Of a stretch of 64,000 nt of DNA, positions 10,666 through 21,994 are shown piece after piece. Both the position numbers and the translations under genes were made by a program. The stretch's first letter is position 1, and each line of letters begins with the position of its first letter. The DNA comes from an uncultured Verrucomicrobiae bacterium (GTDB lineage: Bacteria; Verrucomicrobiota; Verrucomicrobiia; Chthoniobacterales; Chthoniobacteraceae), in NCBI GenBank assembly GCA_963769025.1, contig CAVYKI010000010.1, forward strand, positions 384,001 through 448,000, in the 5' to 3' direction. The notes under the pieces are model-generated. The model saw only the letters and a program-made list of their open reading frames with translations. It was not told the origin of the DNA and did no database searches.

Positions 10666-12147
10666 TCAGGTTCTCGAATTTGCCCGACCAGCCCTCACCC
10701 GACGGAGCGCCGCGGTTCCGATGCACGCAATGCCAACGAGCGCCATCGTGGGCTCGGGCACCGGAGTCGACGCTATCGGGGCAGCGGCGAGGTCCCCGCG
10801 TCCAGCTTCCAGTGGACTGTAAAAATTGGACATCAACGTGGTACGGCTGAACTCCGACGACATATCGTAGGAGTAAAGGTCGTCTCCGCCACTGGACTGC
10901 AGGGTAACCAGGGCTGCCGGTGTGAGTGGGGAGACTGCCACACCGACGTTGTTTTGGCTGCCGTCTGCCTTCTCCAGCAGAAGCGTCCCGGTGAACGGAT
11001 TCAGACTGTAGATCGAATTCCCCACTACCATGTGAAACTCCCCGTTTATGTCCTCTGCCAGATCGACGCTGTTGCTCAGATCAAACGGGGAGCCCGCAAG
11101 TGTCAGGCCCAAGTCCGAGCCGATGACACCTCCGGTTGACGGGTTGATGCGTAGCAGCGAATTCGCCGTCGCATCCAACGCCCACAGGTCTCCGGCAGCG
11201 GAGAAGGTGGCCCCGCGGATATCCCTGCCGGCAAGCACCGAACCCACGAGGGCCGACGCGCCGGTCACTTTGTTGATGGTAATGAGCGCGCTATCGCTCC
11301 CTTGGATCCGGAAGCCGTAGAGTTCCCCGGCGGCCGACATCGCAAGTCCATCCGCATCGATTTCGGCACCGGAGAGCAGGAGCGGAGCCACATCGAGTTG
11401 GGTGCCTAGGGCATCCACGCCGAAGAGTATTGTTGGCGAAGTGCTGAGGCTGCCAGAACTCGTGCTTTTGATACCGTAATATGCTGGAGTGAATCCGTTG
11501 ATCTGGCTTGCAGTGACAGTTCCGTTGAGCACGACATTATCGATCCTCACGCCATTGGTGTCGCCTGAGAGATTTCCTGGGTCTGCAAAGAAAAGTCGGA
11601 AATCGATCGGTGCCACCACATTCTGAAATGCGGCGGTTGAGAGGCTTTTGGACGCAGTCGCCCAACTTAGGGAGCTTGATGTCGTCACGCTCCCTACGTT
11701 CACCGCAAATCCATCGAGGCTCGTCCGCAGGGCGATATTCATGTCGTTGTTGGCTGTGGACATGCTGTGATCAAACGTGAGCGACGTGAGGTCGATCTCA
11801 TACCCGGCGCGGGGTGTGAATGAAAATCCCATGTATTCGCCATTGTTCACGGCAGTGGTGATAGTTGTCGCTGCCACATCCCCGAACGAAATGTAAATTC
11901 CCGGAAGCGGATTTCCCGCGCCGCTCACTGTGGTGAAGTTTGAAACCAATCCCGGTCCGTCGAGGAAGGCCCCCGCAGTGGAATTTGTATTCGTGTCTGT
12001 CGAGGCTGAGGAATTTCCTGTGAATGGATATCGCGCCAGAACTTCAGCTTGTGCGGAGTTCGAGGAAATAGTTGCGCAGAGGGCGACCAAGCCAAGGAGG
12101 GTCGCGACGCTGCGTCGCAGGACCGTTGGATAAGCGTTGAAATTCAT
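10666..12147 (-). CDS. PEP-CTERM sorting-domain surface protein (signal peptide, beta-sandwich-like domain, probable beta-propeller)
   Basis: Signal peptide ending AQA; C-terminal 'VPEP' + TM + basic tail; Ser/Thr-rich; visibly lower GC than flanks. Confidence 0.88.
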   Translation of the reverse strand: MNFNAYPTVLRRSVATLLGLVALCATISSNSAQAEVLARYPFTGNSSASTDTNTNSTAGAFLDGPGLVSNFTTVSGAGNPLPGIYISFGDVAATTITTAVNNGEYMGFSFTPRAGYEIDLTSLTFDHSMSTANNDMNIALRTSLDGFAVNVGSVTTSSSLSWATASKSLSTAAFQNVVAPIDFRLFFADPGNLSGDTNGVRIDNVVLNGTVTASQINGFTPAYYGIKSTSSGSLSTSPTILFGVDALGTQLDVAPLLLSGAEIDADGLAMSAAGELYGFRIQGSDSALITINKVTGASALVGSVLAGRDIRGATFSAAGDLWALDATANSLLRINPSTGGVIGSDLGLTLAGSPFDLSNSVDLAEDINGEFHMVVGNSIYSLNPFTGTLLLEKADGSQNNVGVAVSPLTPAALVTLQSSGGDDLYSYDMSSEFSRTTLMSNFYSPLEAGRGDLAAAPIASTPVPEPTMALVGIACIGTAALRRVRAGRANSRT

Positions 12148-12686
12148 ATCATCAGGATGGTTATGTTGACGGGTCGAGCGAAAAACTGCACTGGCAAAGC
12201 AGATCGCTCGGGCCGTTGCGAATGCAGGGCCCGAGGGAGGAATGTTCCCATTCCGTTCCCCGTGAAATCAGGGTCAGAGGCAGAGGTCAACGCGCTCATT
12301 TTCGCAGACGGGCTCGCTGATATCGGAGGCGCTTTTGGACTGTCAACACCGAAATTCATCGCGAGGGATTACGTCTCGCCGCGGTAAAACCCGGCGTTAC
12401 CGCGTCAATCGGGTGCCGGTGTCGATACCCGTTTTGACACGACGAGGCGGACGCCGTTTTTCCGCTGCTGATCTCTGATGAAGCTCGATTCCCGGTGATG
12501 GCGGCGGTCGAAACCGAGGATGGATGGCTTGTCGGTGCGGGACCGGAACTGGGTTGAAAGCCCCTAAAGTGGAATAAGGGACCGGGAACAAGCGGGAACA
12601 AGGGACACAGGAAGGGACAGACTGTCCCTTTTTCCCTCTTTTCCCTCGAGACGGGGCATCGCGCGGGCCTGTCCGCGTCCCTGTCC

Positions 12687-12710
12687 CGCGGGCAGGATTG
12701 CCCGTGGCAC
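12687..12710. repeat. REP-like hairpin related to the elements at 60939-60995
   Basis: CGCGGGCAGGATTGCCCGTGGCAC, just past the pilB stop. Confidence 0.6.
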
Positions 12711-12740
12711 CTCGCACCGCTTTGGTTTTTCGACAGGCTG

Positions 12741-14463
12741 CTAGTGGTCCTCGCTTGTGACGCGGAGCACTTCCTCGAGGGTCGTGATGCCTTCCTTGCG
12801 CCTTGTCGATGCCGACCATGCGCAGCGATTTCATCCCTTCGCTGATGGCCTGGTTCTTGATCACCGCGGCGCTCGCGCGCTTGATGATCGAGCCGGCGGA
12901 TCGTCTCGCTGATGGGCAGCACTTCGAGGATGGGCGCGCGGCCCGACGTAGCCGCGGCCTTTGCACCGGCTGCACCCGGCGCCGCGATAGAGGGTCGAGC
13001 CGTCGTCTTCGATGCCGAGCTTCGTGAAAATCTCGGGCTCCGGCTGGAACTCCTCCTTGCAGTTCGGGCAGATGCGCCGGACGAGACGCTGTGCGCACGT
13101 GAGGATGACCGACGAGGAAATGAGGAACGGCTCGATGCCCATGTCGTCGAGACGCGTGATGGCGCCGGCGGCGTCATTCGTGTGGAGCGTGGAGAGCACC
13201 TGGTGACCCGTGAGCGCGGCCTTCACCGCGATGTCGGCGGTCTCGTTGTCACGAATTTCACCGATCATCACGATGTCCGGATCCTGACGGAGGATGGAGC
13301 GCAGCGCGCTGGAGAAATCGAGGCCGATGTCGCTCTTCACGGCGACCTGGTTGATGCCCACGAGCTGGTATTCCACCGGGTCCTCGACGGTGACGATGTT
13401 GTAGATCGGGTTGTTGAGCTCGCTGAGGATGGTGTAGAGCGTCGTCGTCTTGCCGGAGCCGGTGGGGCCGGTGACGAGGATCATCCCGTGCGGCGCGTCG
13501 ATCGCCTTCTTGAAGATGCCGAGCGTGTAGTCGTCCAGCCCCATGTTCTCGATGCTGCCGCCGAGGGCGCCCTTGTCGAGGAGACGGATGACGATCTTCT
13601 CGCCGTACACCGTCGGGAGCATGCTGATGCGCAAGTCGACTTCCTTGCCCGAGACGCGGATGCGGAAACGGCCGTCCTGCGGGAGGCGGCGCTCGGCGAT
13701 GTCGAGGCCGGCGAGGATCTTGATACGCGAGGCGATGGGCAATTGCAGCGCCTTCGGCGGCGAAGTCGCCTCGATGAGCGCGCCGTCCACGCGGTAGCGG
13801 AGTTTGATCTCCTTTTCAAAGGGCTCGATGTGAATGTCGGACGCCTTTTCCTTGATCGCCTGGACGAGGATGAGATTGACGATCTTGACGACCGGCGCGT
13901 CCTCGCTGTCCACGCGCCATCTGGTCGAGGTCGATCTCCTGCTTGGCGACCTTCACCTCCTCGACCGTGTCCGCGCGCGGCGGCCTCGGCGGCGTGGCGC
14001 AGCACCTGATCCATCGTCGCGCTCGACTGGCTCACGCCGGAGAGCGCCTCGATCACGCACGTCTCCGTGGTGATCATCGGGAAGATTTCGAGCTTCGTGC
14101 GCTGGCGCAGATCGTCGAGTGCGAGCACGTTCAGCGGGTCGGCCATCGCCACGAAGAGCTTGTTGCCCGAGCTTGCAGACCGGCACGAGCTTGTAGGCGC
14201 GCGCCATGTCCTTCGGGACGAGGTTCATCACGTCCTCCGGGATGCGCATCTTCGAGAGATTGATCGGCGGCGTGTCCAGGCAGCGGCCCATCGAGATGAC
14301 CATGTCCTGCTCGGTGACGTACTTGCTTGTCCGTCAGGATCTTCAGCAGGCGTCCGCCCTGCTTTTTCTGGAGCTGCATGGCCTCGTCGAGCTGGCCGGG
14401 CAGCAGGAGGCCGTCCTCGATCAGGACATCCGCGATTCGTTCACCGAAGGATTTGATGCTCAT
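12741..14463 (-). CDS. pilB: Type IV pilus/T2SS assembly ATPase (PilB/GspE), several frameshifts
   Basis: Walker A 'VTGPTGSGKTTTLY', 'TVEDPVEY', 'LRQDPD..MIGEIRD', 'STLHTND', Zn cysteines; N-terminal domain in adjacent frames. Confidence 0.9.
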
Positions 14464-14479
14464 CTTTGGGCTGTAAAGG

Positions 14480-15440
14480 TTAGCGACGGTAGGAATCGAC
14501 GAGCACCTTCGACACCGCCTCGGGCGAGGCCAGGTGCCACTGGATGTTGTAGTCGAGCAATTGCTGCACGGCTTCCTTGCCGACTGCGTCGAAGGGATTC
14601 GCGAGCGCGACCATCATGCGTCCGCGAGATGATGTCGAACGGGACGATGAGGCGCCCGAGCGTGATCGACTCCGGGAGCATTTTCACGATCTGCCGGTCC
14701 ACGTCGTAGTATTCGACGGGAAGATAGGCGAACTTCGACCGGTCGAGGATTCCGCAGAGCAGATTCTCCATGTCCACGCCGCCGCGGGCGACGAGTTCCG
14801 CGATCAATGAAGCCGCGGGCTGTCCGCCCTGGCGCGCGCCGTTGCGCTTGCGCACCGCCATGAGCGCGGGCGTGAGCACGTCATCGGAGACAAGCCGGTG
14901 CTGGACCGAGGAATTTCGCCAGCGCGTCGTTGCCGTCCTCCGCCTTGTCCAGTTGCTGCGGCGATGGCCGACGCATCGACCGAGCCGCGCGAGCGAGACG
15001 CGCTCGGCGGACTGGGTCATCTTCGTCGCCATCAGGTTGCCGCCATCGGTCACGACACTGCGGAAATCCAAATTGATCGCAGCCTGCATCCGCGCCCGCC
15101 TGGGCCTCGGCGTGGCTGGCGCGCAGCCGCTCCTCGACCTCGCCCGAGCGCGGCGATGATCTCCGAGTTATCCGGGTCGTGCTGCAGGATGAATTCGTAT
15201 TCGAGCAGCGCGCCGGAGAATTGGCCGAGTTCCATGTGGGAATCGGCGAGTCGGCGGGCGACCACGAGTCCCTCGGCTCCGCTGGCCGAGTTTGAAGTAG
15301 GCCTCCTTCAGGATCTCCATGCTCTGCGTATCCTGGGGATTCGCCTGCGTGATGACCTCGAACATCTCGACGGTCTGCTGCAGTTGCTCCTGCTCCTCCG
15401 AAGTGAGCGGCTGGGTTGGGCTGGCTTCTATCGCTGGCAT
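14480..15440 (-). CDS. TPR-like plus GspE/PilB N-terminal-like domain protein, frameshifted
   Basis: Pieces 'MFEVITQANPQD..SMEILKEAY', 'ALLEYEFILQ', 'KMLPESITLGRLIVPFD' across frames; upstream of pilB. Confidence 0.6.
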
Positions 15441-15546
15441 TTGCGGACCTGAGATAGCGGAAACCGTGCCCCGCCACGCCGTTCCTCACGCTTCCTTAAA
15501 AAAAATCAATTGCCCGCAGGGAAAACGCGCCCTATCTGGGCCGCGC

Positions 15547-15579
15547 ATGAAATTCCTTCCGCATTGGTGGCTCCCCTAG
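15547..15579 (+). CDS. Attenuator leader peptide MKFLPHWWLP
   Basis: ATG AAA TTC CTT CCG CAT TGG TGG CTC CCC TAG upstream of hisI-trpE-trpG. Confidence 0.85.
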   Translation: MKFLPHWWLP

Positions 15580-15658
15580 ACGGGCCTGCCCCGCCCTGCG
15601 TGCAAAAGCGCGCGCACTTTGGGCGGGGCGGTCGTCGCCACCGTGCGTCGCCTCTTCC

Positions 15659-15701
15659 GGCCCGATGATTCAGAAAGCGAATCACCGGGCCTTTTCATTT
15701 T
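15659..15701 (+). terminator. Attenuator terminator hairpin
   Basis: GGCCCGaTGATTC-loop-GAATCAcCGGGCC followed by TTTTCATTTT, before the hisI start. Confidence 0.85.
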
Positions 15702-15725
15702 CACCATTCACATTTCACACACCCG

Positions 15726-16107
15726 ATGATCAGCCAGTTCAAATACAACGCCGACGGACTCATCCCCGCCATCGTGCAGGACGCAAAAAGCAAGCGCGTG
15801 CTCATGATGGCCTGGATGAACGAGCAGAGCATCCGCATGACGCTCGAGAAGAAGCTCATGGTCTATTTCAGCCGCTCGCGGCAGAAATACTGGGTGAAAG
15901 GCGAGACGAGCGGCAACGTGCAGCGCGTGCGTGAAGTGGGCCGTGGATTGCGACAAGGACACGCTGCTCTTTGAAGTCGAGCAGACCGGCGGCGCATGCC
16001 ACACGGGCTACGAGTCGTGCTTTTTCCAGGAACTCGATGAACACGGAATGCCGAAGCCGATCGACGAGCAGCCGCTCTTCGACGCGGCGAAGACGTACGG
16101 AGACTAA
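15726..16107 (+). CDS. hisI: Phosphoribosyl-AMP cyclohydrolase (one frameshift near 15935)
   Basis: 'GLIPAIVQD', '[18 protein letters not shown]', then 'DCDKDTLL...[10 protein letters not shown]'. Confidence 0.93.
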
Positions 16108-16110
16108 GTG

Positions 16111-17635
16111 ATGACCACCCATTTCACCCCCGACCTCGCGACCTTCCGCACGCTCGCGCAGCAGGGCAATCTCATCCCCGTCCACGCCGAGTTCATCGCC
16201 GACGCGGAGACGCCGGTCGGCGCATTCGCGAAGCTCGACGACGGCGGATACACGTTCCTTTTCGAGAGCGTCGAGAAAAGCGAGCAGACGGGGCGCTACT
16301 CGTTCGTCATCGTCGGCCCGCGTGTCGTGATGGAGAGCAACGGGCGCACCGTGCGTATCACCGAGGACGGCGCGACGCGCGAGTTTCAGTCGGAAAAGGA
16401 TCCGCTCGCCGATCTGGAGACGTTCATGGCGCGCTTCCGCTACGTCCCGCTGCCGGATGAGCCGCCGGAATTCCGCACGCGCTTCTCGGGCGGTGCCGTC
16501 GGCTTCCTCGGCTACGATATCGTGCGCTTCTTCGAGCCTAGCGTGCCCGTCGCCAAAGCCGATCAGCTCGGACTGCCCGAGAGCCTCTTCGTGCTCGCAG
16601 AGACGGTGCTCATCTTCGACCACCTCAAGCGCCGCCTGCGCATCGTCGCGAATGCGCTCGTCGAAGGCGACGCGGACGACGCCTACGCCCGCGCGACGAA
16701 AACCATCTCCGACATCGCGGAGAAACTCGCGAAGCCGAGCCAGCTCCCGCCATTCCCCATCACGCCGCCGCCGCCCCCGGCGGAGGCCGTGAGCAACACG
16801 ACGCGCGAGGAATTCCACGCGATGGTCCGCAAGGCGCACGAATACATCCACGCGGGCGACATCTTCCAGGTCGTGCCGTCGCAACGCTTCACGACCGACT
16901 ACACCGGCGACCCGCTCACGCTCTACCGCGCGCTGCGCTTTGTGAATCCGTCGCCCTACATGTTCTGCATGAAGTTTCCCGCAGTCGCCGGACGCGGCGC
17001 ATTCAGCTTCGTCGGCAGCAGCCCGGAGGTGCACGTCCGCGCGGTGAATGGAAAAATCGAAATCCGCCCCATCGCAGGCACGCGCAAACGCGGCGCGACT
17101 CCCGCTGAGGACGACGCCAACGCCGCCGAACTGCTCGCCGATCCGAAGGAGCGCGCCGAGCACCTCATGCTCGTGGACCTCGCCCGCAACGACGTGGGCC
17201 GCGCGAGCGAATTCGCCTCGGTGAAGGTGAACGACTTCATGATCATCGAGCGCTACTCGCACGTCATGCACATCGTCAGCAACGTCGAGGGCCGCCTGCG
17301 CCCCGACCGCTCCGCCTACGACGTGATGCGCGCCACTTTCCCCGCCGGCACCGTAAGCGGCTCGCCCAAGGTGCGCGCGATGCAGGTCATCGCCGAACTC
17401 GAAAAATCCAAGCGCGGCGTGTATGCGGGCGCGGTCGGCTACTTCGGATTCGACGGCAACAGCGACTCGTGCATCGCGCTCCGCACCGTCGTGCTTGAAA
17501 GACGGCAAAGCCCACGTGCAAGCCGGCGCCGGAGTCGTCGCCGACAGCACGCCCGAGGGCGAGTACCAGGAGACCGTGAACAAGGCCATGGGCATGATGG
17601 CCGCCATCGCCCGCGCAAAGAACGCCGCCCAATAA
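16111..17635 (+). CDS. trpE: Anthranilate synthase component I (frameshift near 17495)
   Basis: 'FLFESVE', '[11 protein letters not shown]', 'NPSPY', 'PIAGTR', '[12 protein letters not shown]', '[11 protein letters not shown]', '[10 protein letters not shown]'. Confidence 0.93.
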
Positions 17636-17646
17636 GGAGAACCACC

Positions 17647-18217
17647 ATGCTGCTCGTCATCGATAACTACGACTCCTTCACCTACAACCTCGTCCAGTAC
17701 TTCGGCGAACTCGGCGCGGACCCGCTCGTGAAGCGCAACGACGAAATCACGCCCGACGAAATCGCCGCGCTGAAGCCCGAGCGCATCGTGCATCTCGCCC
17801 GGCCCGTGCACGCCGAACGAGGCGGGCATCTCGTGCGAGGTCATCCGCCGCTTTGGCCCGACGGTGCCGCTGCTCGGTGTGTGCCTCGGACACCAGAGCA
17901 TCGGCCAGGTGTATGGCGGCGATGTCGTGCGCGCAGGCCGCCTCATGCATGGGAAGACGTCGCCCATTCATCACGACGGCACAGGCGTCTTTGCCGGACT
18001 CCCCTCCCCCTTCGAGGCCACCCGCTACCATTCGTTGCTGGTGAAAAGGGAGACATTCCCAGCGAGCCTCGAGATCACCGCGTGGACCGAGGAGCAGGAA
18101 ATCATGGGCTTGCGCCACCGCGAATTTCCGATCCACGGCGTGCAGTTCCACCCCGAGAGCATTCTCACCATGGAAGGCAAAAAGCTGCTGAAAAACTTCC
18201 TTTCGCTGTCCCGTTAA
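17647..18217 (+). CDS. trpG: Anthranilate synthase component II / glutamine amidotransferase (frameshift near 17790)
   Basis: '[11 protein letters not shown]', 'GVCLGHQ', 'RYHSL', 'GVQFHPES'. Confidence 0.92.
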
Positions 18218-18297
18218 AAGCACCGGCCCGCGTTTCGTGCGCAATTCGGAAAAGACTGGAGGGACTCAAAACCCATTCCGTCTGCGATTAGGAATGC

Positions 18298-19587
18298 ATG
18301 AAACATCCCCGCTTTGCCGGACCGCCGCGATGGACCCATTTGCTCGGTGCCGCGGCCGTGGGCGGTCTTGCCACCATTTTTGTCGCTCGCAACTTCTTCC
18401 CGGCTGAAAAGAAGGTCCGCAGCCGCATTGTCGCGGATTATCATCCGGGCGACGACACCTTCACCCGGACCATGGGGAACGTCCTCGGGCCGCCCTTGCT
18501 GGAGAAGAACAGGATCACGCCGCTTCAAAACGGCGACGAGATCTTCCCCGCGATGCTGGCGGCGATCCGATCTGCCGAGCGGACGATTACTTTCGAGAAT
18601 TTCCTGATGGCCGAAGGCGCGGTCCTGGATGCATTTGCCGAGGCACTGGCGGAGCGCGCCCGGGCCGGCGTAAAAGTGCACTTCCTCCAGGATGCATTCG
18701 GATCCAACTGCGTCCACGGCCGGGCGATCAGGCATCTCGAACGCTCCGGCGTGGAAGTGGAAATCTACCGGTTCGTGCACTTCACCACGGTGAACTTCAG
18801 GACGCATCGCAAGATTTTGGTCATCGACGGAAAACTGGGGTTCGTCGGCGGGGTCGGCATTTCCGACGCCTGGATGGGCGATGGACGGACGAAAGGACTT
18901 TGGCGCGATACGCACTATCAACTGGAAGGCCCCGCGGTCGCGCAATTGCAGCAGGCATTCATCGACAACTGGCTGGAAACCCGGACGGAACTGCTCCACG
19001 GAGATCTGTACTTTCCGAAACTGGAGCCGGCAGGCGAGCAGACCTGCCATGTCTTCAAAAGTTCAGCAACCGAAGGGTCCGACGGCGCCCGGATGATGCT
19101 GCTGGTTTCCATTGCGGCTGCGCGCAAATCCATCCGCATTGCGAATGCGTATTTCGTGCCGGACGACCTTTGCCGGCGCACGCTGGTGGAAGCCCTTGAA
19201 CGCGGCGTGAAGGTCGAAATCATCACCCCGGGCCCCGACTTCGACGCGGAAACGGTGCGTGCGGTGGGGAAGTCGCGCTGGAAGCCGCTGCTGGAGGCCG
19301 GAGCGCGATTTTACGAATACCAACCGGCCCGCTTTCACTGCAAATATCTGCTGGTGGATGACTGCTGGGCGTCCGTCGGATCGGCAAACCTGGACAACCG
19401 ATCATTGTCTCTGAACGAAGAGGCAAACCTGAATGTGCTCGACCGAAAATGGGTCGAAGCCCACGCCCGCATCTTCGACGAAGACAAAAGTCACTCGCGC
19501 GAAATCCGCATGGGTGACTGGGAGCGCCGTCCTTTCCGGGAGAAAATGAAAGGGAACTTGGCGGTGGTCTTCCGGCAGCTGATGTGA
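18298..19587 (+). CDS. Cardiolipin synthase (PLD family, ClsB-like)
   Basis: Two HKD motifs: 'THRKILVIDG' and 'FHCKYLLVDD...GSANLD.RS'. Confidence 0.9.
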   Translation: MKHPRFAGPPRWTHLLGAAAVGGLATIFVARNFFPAEKKVRSRIVADYHPGDDTFTRTMGNVLGPPLLEKNRITPLQNGDEIFPAMLAAIRSAERTITFENFLMAEGAVLDAFAEALAERARAGVKVHFLQDAFGSNCVHGRAIRHLERSGVEVEIYRFVHFTTVNFRTHRKILVIDGKLGFVGGVGISDAWMGDGRTKGLWRDTHYQLEGPAVAQLQQAFIDNWLETRTELLHGDLYFPKLEPAGEQTCHVFKSSATEGSDGARMMLLVSIAAARKSIRIANAYFVPDDLCRRTLVEALERGVKVEIITPGPDFDAETVRAVGKSRWKPLLEAGARFYEYQPARFHCKYLLVDDCWASVGSANLDNRSLSLNEEANLNVLDRKWVEAHARIFDEDKSHSREIRMGDWERRPFREKMKGNLAVVFRQLM

Positions 19588-19608
19588 AATCCGCCTGCTC
19601 GCAGAACA

Positions 19609-20409
19609 ATGAATGAAGCGAATGCCCCAACGCTGCGGGTCGCGACCTACAACGTCCACGGATGCGTGGGCACGGATCGCGAGCGCTCCGAGTCGCGAAT
19701 CGCCGACGTCATCGCCGAGTCCGATGCGGACATCGTCGGGTTGCAGGAGCTGGATCTGAGTCGCCGTCGTTCCGCCGGAGTCGATCAGGCCGCGTTGATT
19801 GCCGGGCAGCTTGGCTGGCACCGCTATTTTCACCCCGCGATGCGCATGGGCGATGAGCACTACGGCGACGCCATCATGAGCCGCTTCCCACTGACCCTGC
19901 GACGGGCGGGCGAGTTGCCGGGTGTGGGCGCCCTCCTTTGTCGGGAAAAGCGCGGGGCGATCGCGATGGATGCCGACACCCCTCTCGGCGTCGTGCGCAT
20001 CATCAATACGCATTTCGGTCTGGGCTGGAACGAGCGTCTGCATCAGGCGCGCGAACTCATCCGCTCCGAGTGGCTGGAAATGGGCTCGCCCGACAGTCCG
20101 TTGATCCTGCTCGGCGATCTCAACAGCCTGCCAGGCTCACGGCCCTTTCGCACACTCACGGCGCATCTTCGGGACGTGAGGGGCTTGGTCCATCCCGCCA
20201 GGCCCCTGCGCACCTTCCCGACATTTTTTCCGCTTCTCGCGCTCGATCACATCCTGATCAATTTCGCGGTGCGTCCCCTGCGCGTGGATGTTCATCGGTC
20301 GCCTCTCGCCCGAAAAGCGTCCGATCACTTCCCACTCATCGCGGAACTCGCCCGGGTACCGCTGGAACAGGCCGCGGTGCCGCTTTCACGGAAACCGCCG
20401 AACGGCTGA
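19609..20409 (+). CDS. Endonuclease/exonuclease/phosphatase family protein
   Basis: 'ATYNVH', 'LQE', 'GDLN', 'LDHI', 'SDHFP'. Confidence 0.9.
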   Translation: MNEANAPTLRVATYNVHGCVGTDRERSESRIADVIAESDADIVGLQELDLSRRRSAGVDQAALIAGQLGWHRYFHPAMRMGDEHYGDAIMSRFPLTLRRAGELPGVGALLCREKRGAIAMDADTPLGVVRIINTHFGLGWNERLHQARELIRSEWLEMGSPDSPLILLGDLNSLPGSRPFRTLTAHLRDVRGLVHPARPLRTFPTFFPLLALDHILINFAVRPLRVDVHRSPLARKASDHFPLIAELARVPLEQAAVPLSRKPPNG

Positions 20410-20438
20410 CGCGGGGGCCGGGATGGAAAGATCGGCCC

Positions 20439-21038
20439 TCATTTCGGCGCCGAGATCGCGATGTCACCGGGCGAGTTCCAATTCGTGAACAGCCGCGTGG
20501 CCGCCGCTTCGACCGGAAAGATGGTGACGAGAGTGCGGGCCGCCAGTGTGCGAACGAAGCCTTCGAGTTTCCGCTCGCCGGCACGCAGGCAATCGTCGGC
20601 CACCGGGAGCGCGGCGCCGGGATAGACGGCGGCAAGCGATTCGAAGCGGGCCGGCCTCCTTCCGTCGGCCGCTACGGATGGGACGATGCCCTTCGCGGAG
20701 CGCCGCGATTCGGCGAGCAGCGAACACAAAAATTCCGCCGTCATCGCGGGCATGTCGACGGCGAGGACGAGGAGGCGATCGCTTTTGCAGCGGCGGAGTG
20801 CGGTGGCGATGCCGCCTAGCGGGCCGCAGTCGGGAAATTCGTCGGCGAGGATTTCGACTCCCGCATTCGCGTACGGACCGTCGCTTTTTCCGGAGATGAA
20901 AAGCTCCGCGGGATCCGTGGCGCGCAAAGTGGCGAGCTGGCGCTGCCAAAGCGGCTCACCGTCCACGGGCAGCGCGGACTTGTCGCGGCCCATGCGCGAG
21001 GATTTTCCACCGGCGAGCAGCACCGCGGCGTGTGACAT
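20439..21038 (-). CDS. mobA: Molybdenum cofactor guanylyltransferase
   Basis: 'LAGGKSSRMGRDK', 'GPLGGI', 'AVDMP', 'NWNSP'. Confidence 0.9.
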   Translation of the reverse strand: MSHAAVLLAGGKSSRMGRDKSALPVDGEPLWQRQLATLRATDPAELFISGKSDGPYANAGVEILADEFPDCGPLGGIATALRRCKSDRLLVLAVDMPAMTAEFLCSLLAESRRSAKGIVPSVAADGRRPARFESLAAVYPGAALPVADDCLRAGERKLEGFVRTLAARTLVTIFPVEAAATRLFTNWNSPGDIAISAPK

Positions 21039-21082
21039 GGATTCCGTTTGAGCGCACGCGCCACGCGGCGCAAGCTCCGGAT

Positions 21083-21547
21083 ATGAGCGTCCGCATCCGC
21101 CAAATCTTCATCAGCCCCGGCCACAACTTCGTGGGCCACCACGGGAAGCCTCCCGGCGATAACCTGACCGTCGAGGTCCGCGAAGCACGATGCCTGGAGG
21201 GTCGCGGCATCGAGGGCGACCGGTATCTGGATTTCAAGGAGGACTACAAGGGGCAGGTCACGTTCTTCGCGTGGGAGATTTACGAGCGGCTCTGCGCGCA
21301 GTTCGGCGTGCACGACAAGTCGGCGGGAGTGTTCCGGCGCAATTTCATCACGGACGGGTCGGACTTGAACGCGCTGATCGGAAAGGAATTCGAGGTGCAG
21401 GGCGTGCGCTTCTTCGGCACGCAGGAAAGCGCGCCGTGCCACTGGATGAACAAGGCATTCGCCGAAGGCGCGGAGGATGCGCTGAAGGGAAACGGCGGGC
21501 TGCGGGCGAGGATTCTCTGCGACGGCGTGCTGCGAGTGGACGCGTAA
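21083..21547 (+). CDS. MOSC domain protein
   Basis: 'GIEGDRY', 'FRRNFI', 'PCHWM', 'GGLRARIL'. Confidence 0.85.
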   Translation: MSVRIRQIFISPGHNFVGHHGKPPGDNLTVEVREARCLEGRGIEGDRYLDFKEDYKGQVTFFAWEIYERLCAQFGVHDKSAGVFRRNFITDGSDLNALIGKEFEVQGVRFFGTQESAPCHWMNKAFAEGAEDALKGNGGLRARILCDGVLRVDA

Positions 21548-21601
21548 AAAAAGCGCCGGGCGGCTGCCGCGTCCGGCGCCGCAGAATCGTCCGCGTGCGG
21601 A

Positions 21602-21985
21602 CTAAACGGGGAGGTGTTTGTCGATGAACTCGACGATGGCGTCGGTGCTCGCCGGCTTGGCCAGGAAAGGGTAGCCGCCCAGCACGCCACCGCGCGCATC
21701 GACTTCCGACTTCCTCACCGTCGCCGTGAGGAAAACGATCGGCACCTTGGCCAGCGCCGGGTTTTCCTTGAGCTTCGCCGCGACATCGCCTCCGTCCATG
21801 TCCGGCATGATCACGTCGAGCACGACCAGATCCGGACGGAATTCCAACGCCGCCTCCACCACCTTCGTCGAGTCGTTTTCCGCGCGCACCTCGTACTTCC
21901 CTGTCTGCTCCAAGGTCATCCGGAGCAGGCGCGTCGTCACTTTCTCATCATCGACAATCAGAATCTTGCTCAGCCTGTTGCTCAT
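21602..21985 (-). CDS. Single-domain response regulator
   Basis: 'ILIVDD', 'LDVIMPDMDG', 'FLT', 'KP'. Confidence 0.92.
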   Translation of the reverse strand: MSNRLSKILIVDDEKVTTRLLRMTLEQTGKYEVRAENDSTKVVEAALEFRPDLVVLDVIMPDMDGGDVAAKLKENPALAKVPIVFLTATVRKSEVDARGGVLGGYPFLAKPASTDAIVEFIDKHLPV

Positions 21986-21994
21986 GGGTCGTTT

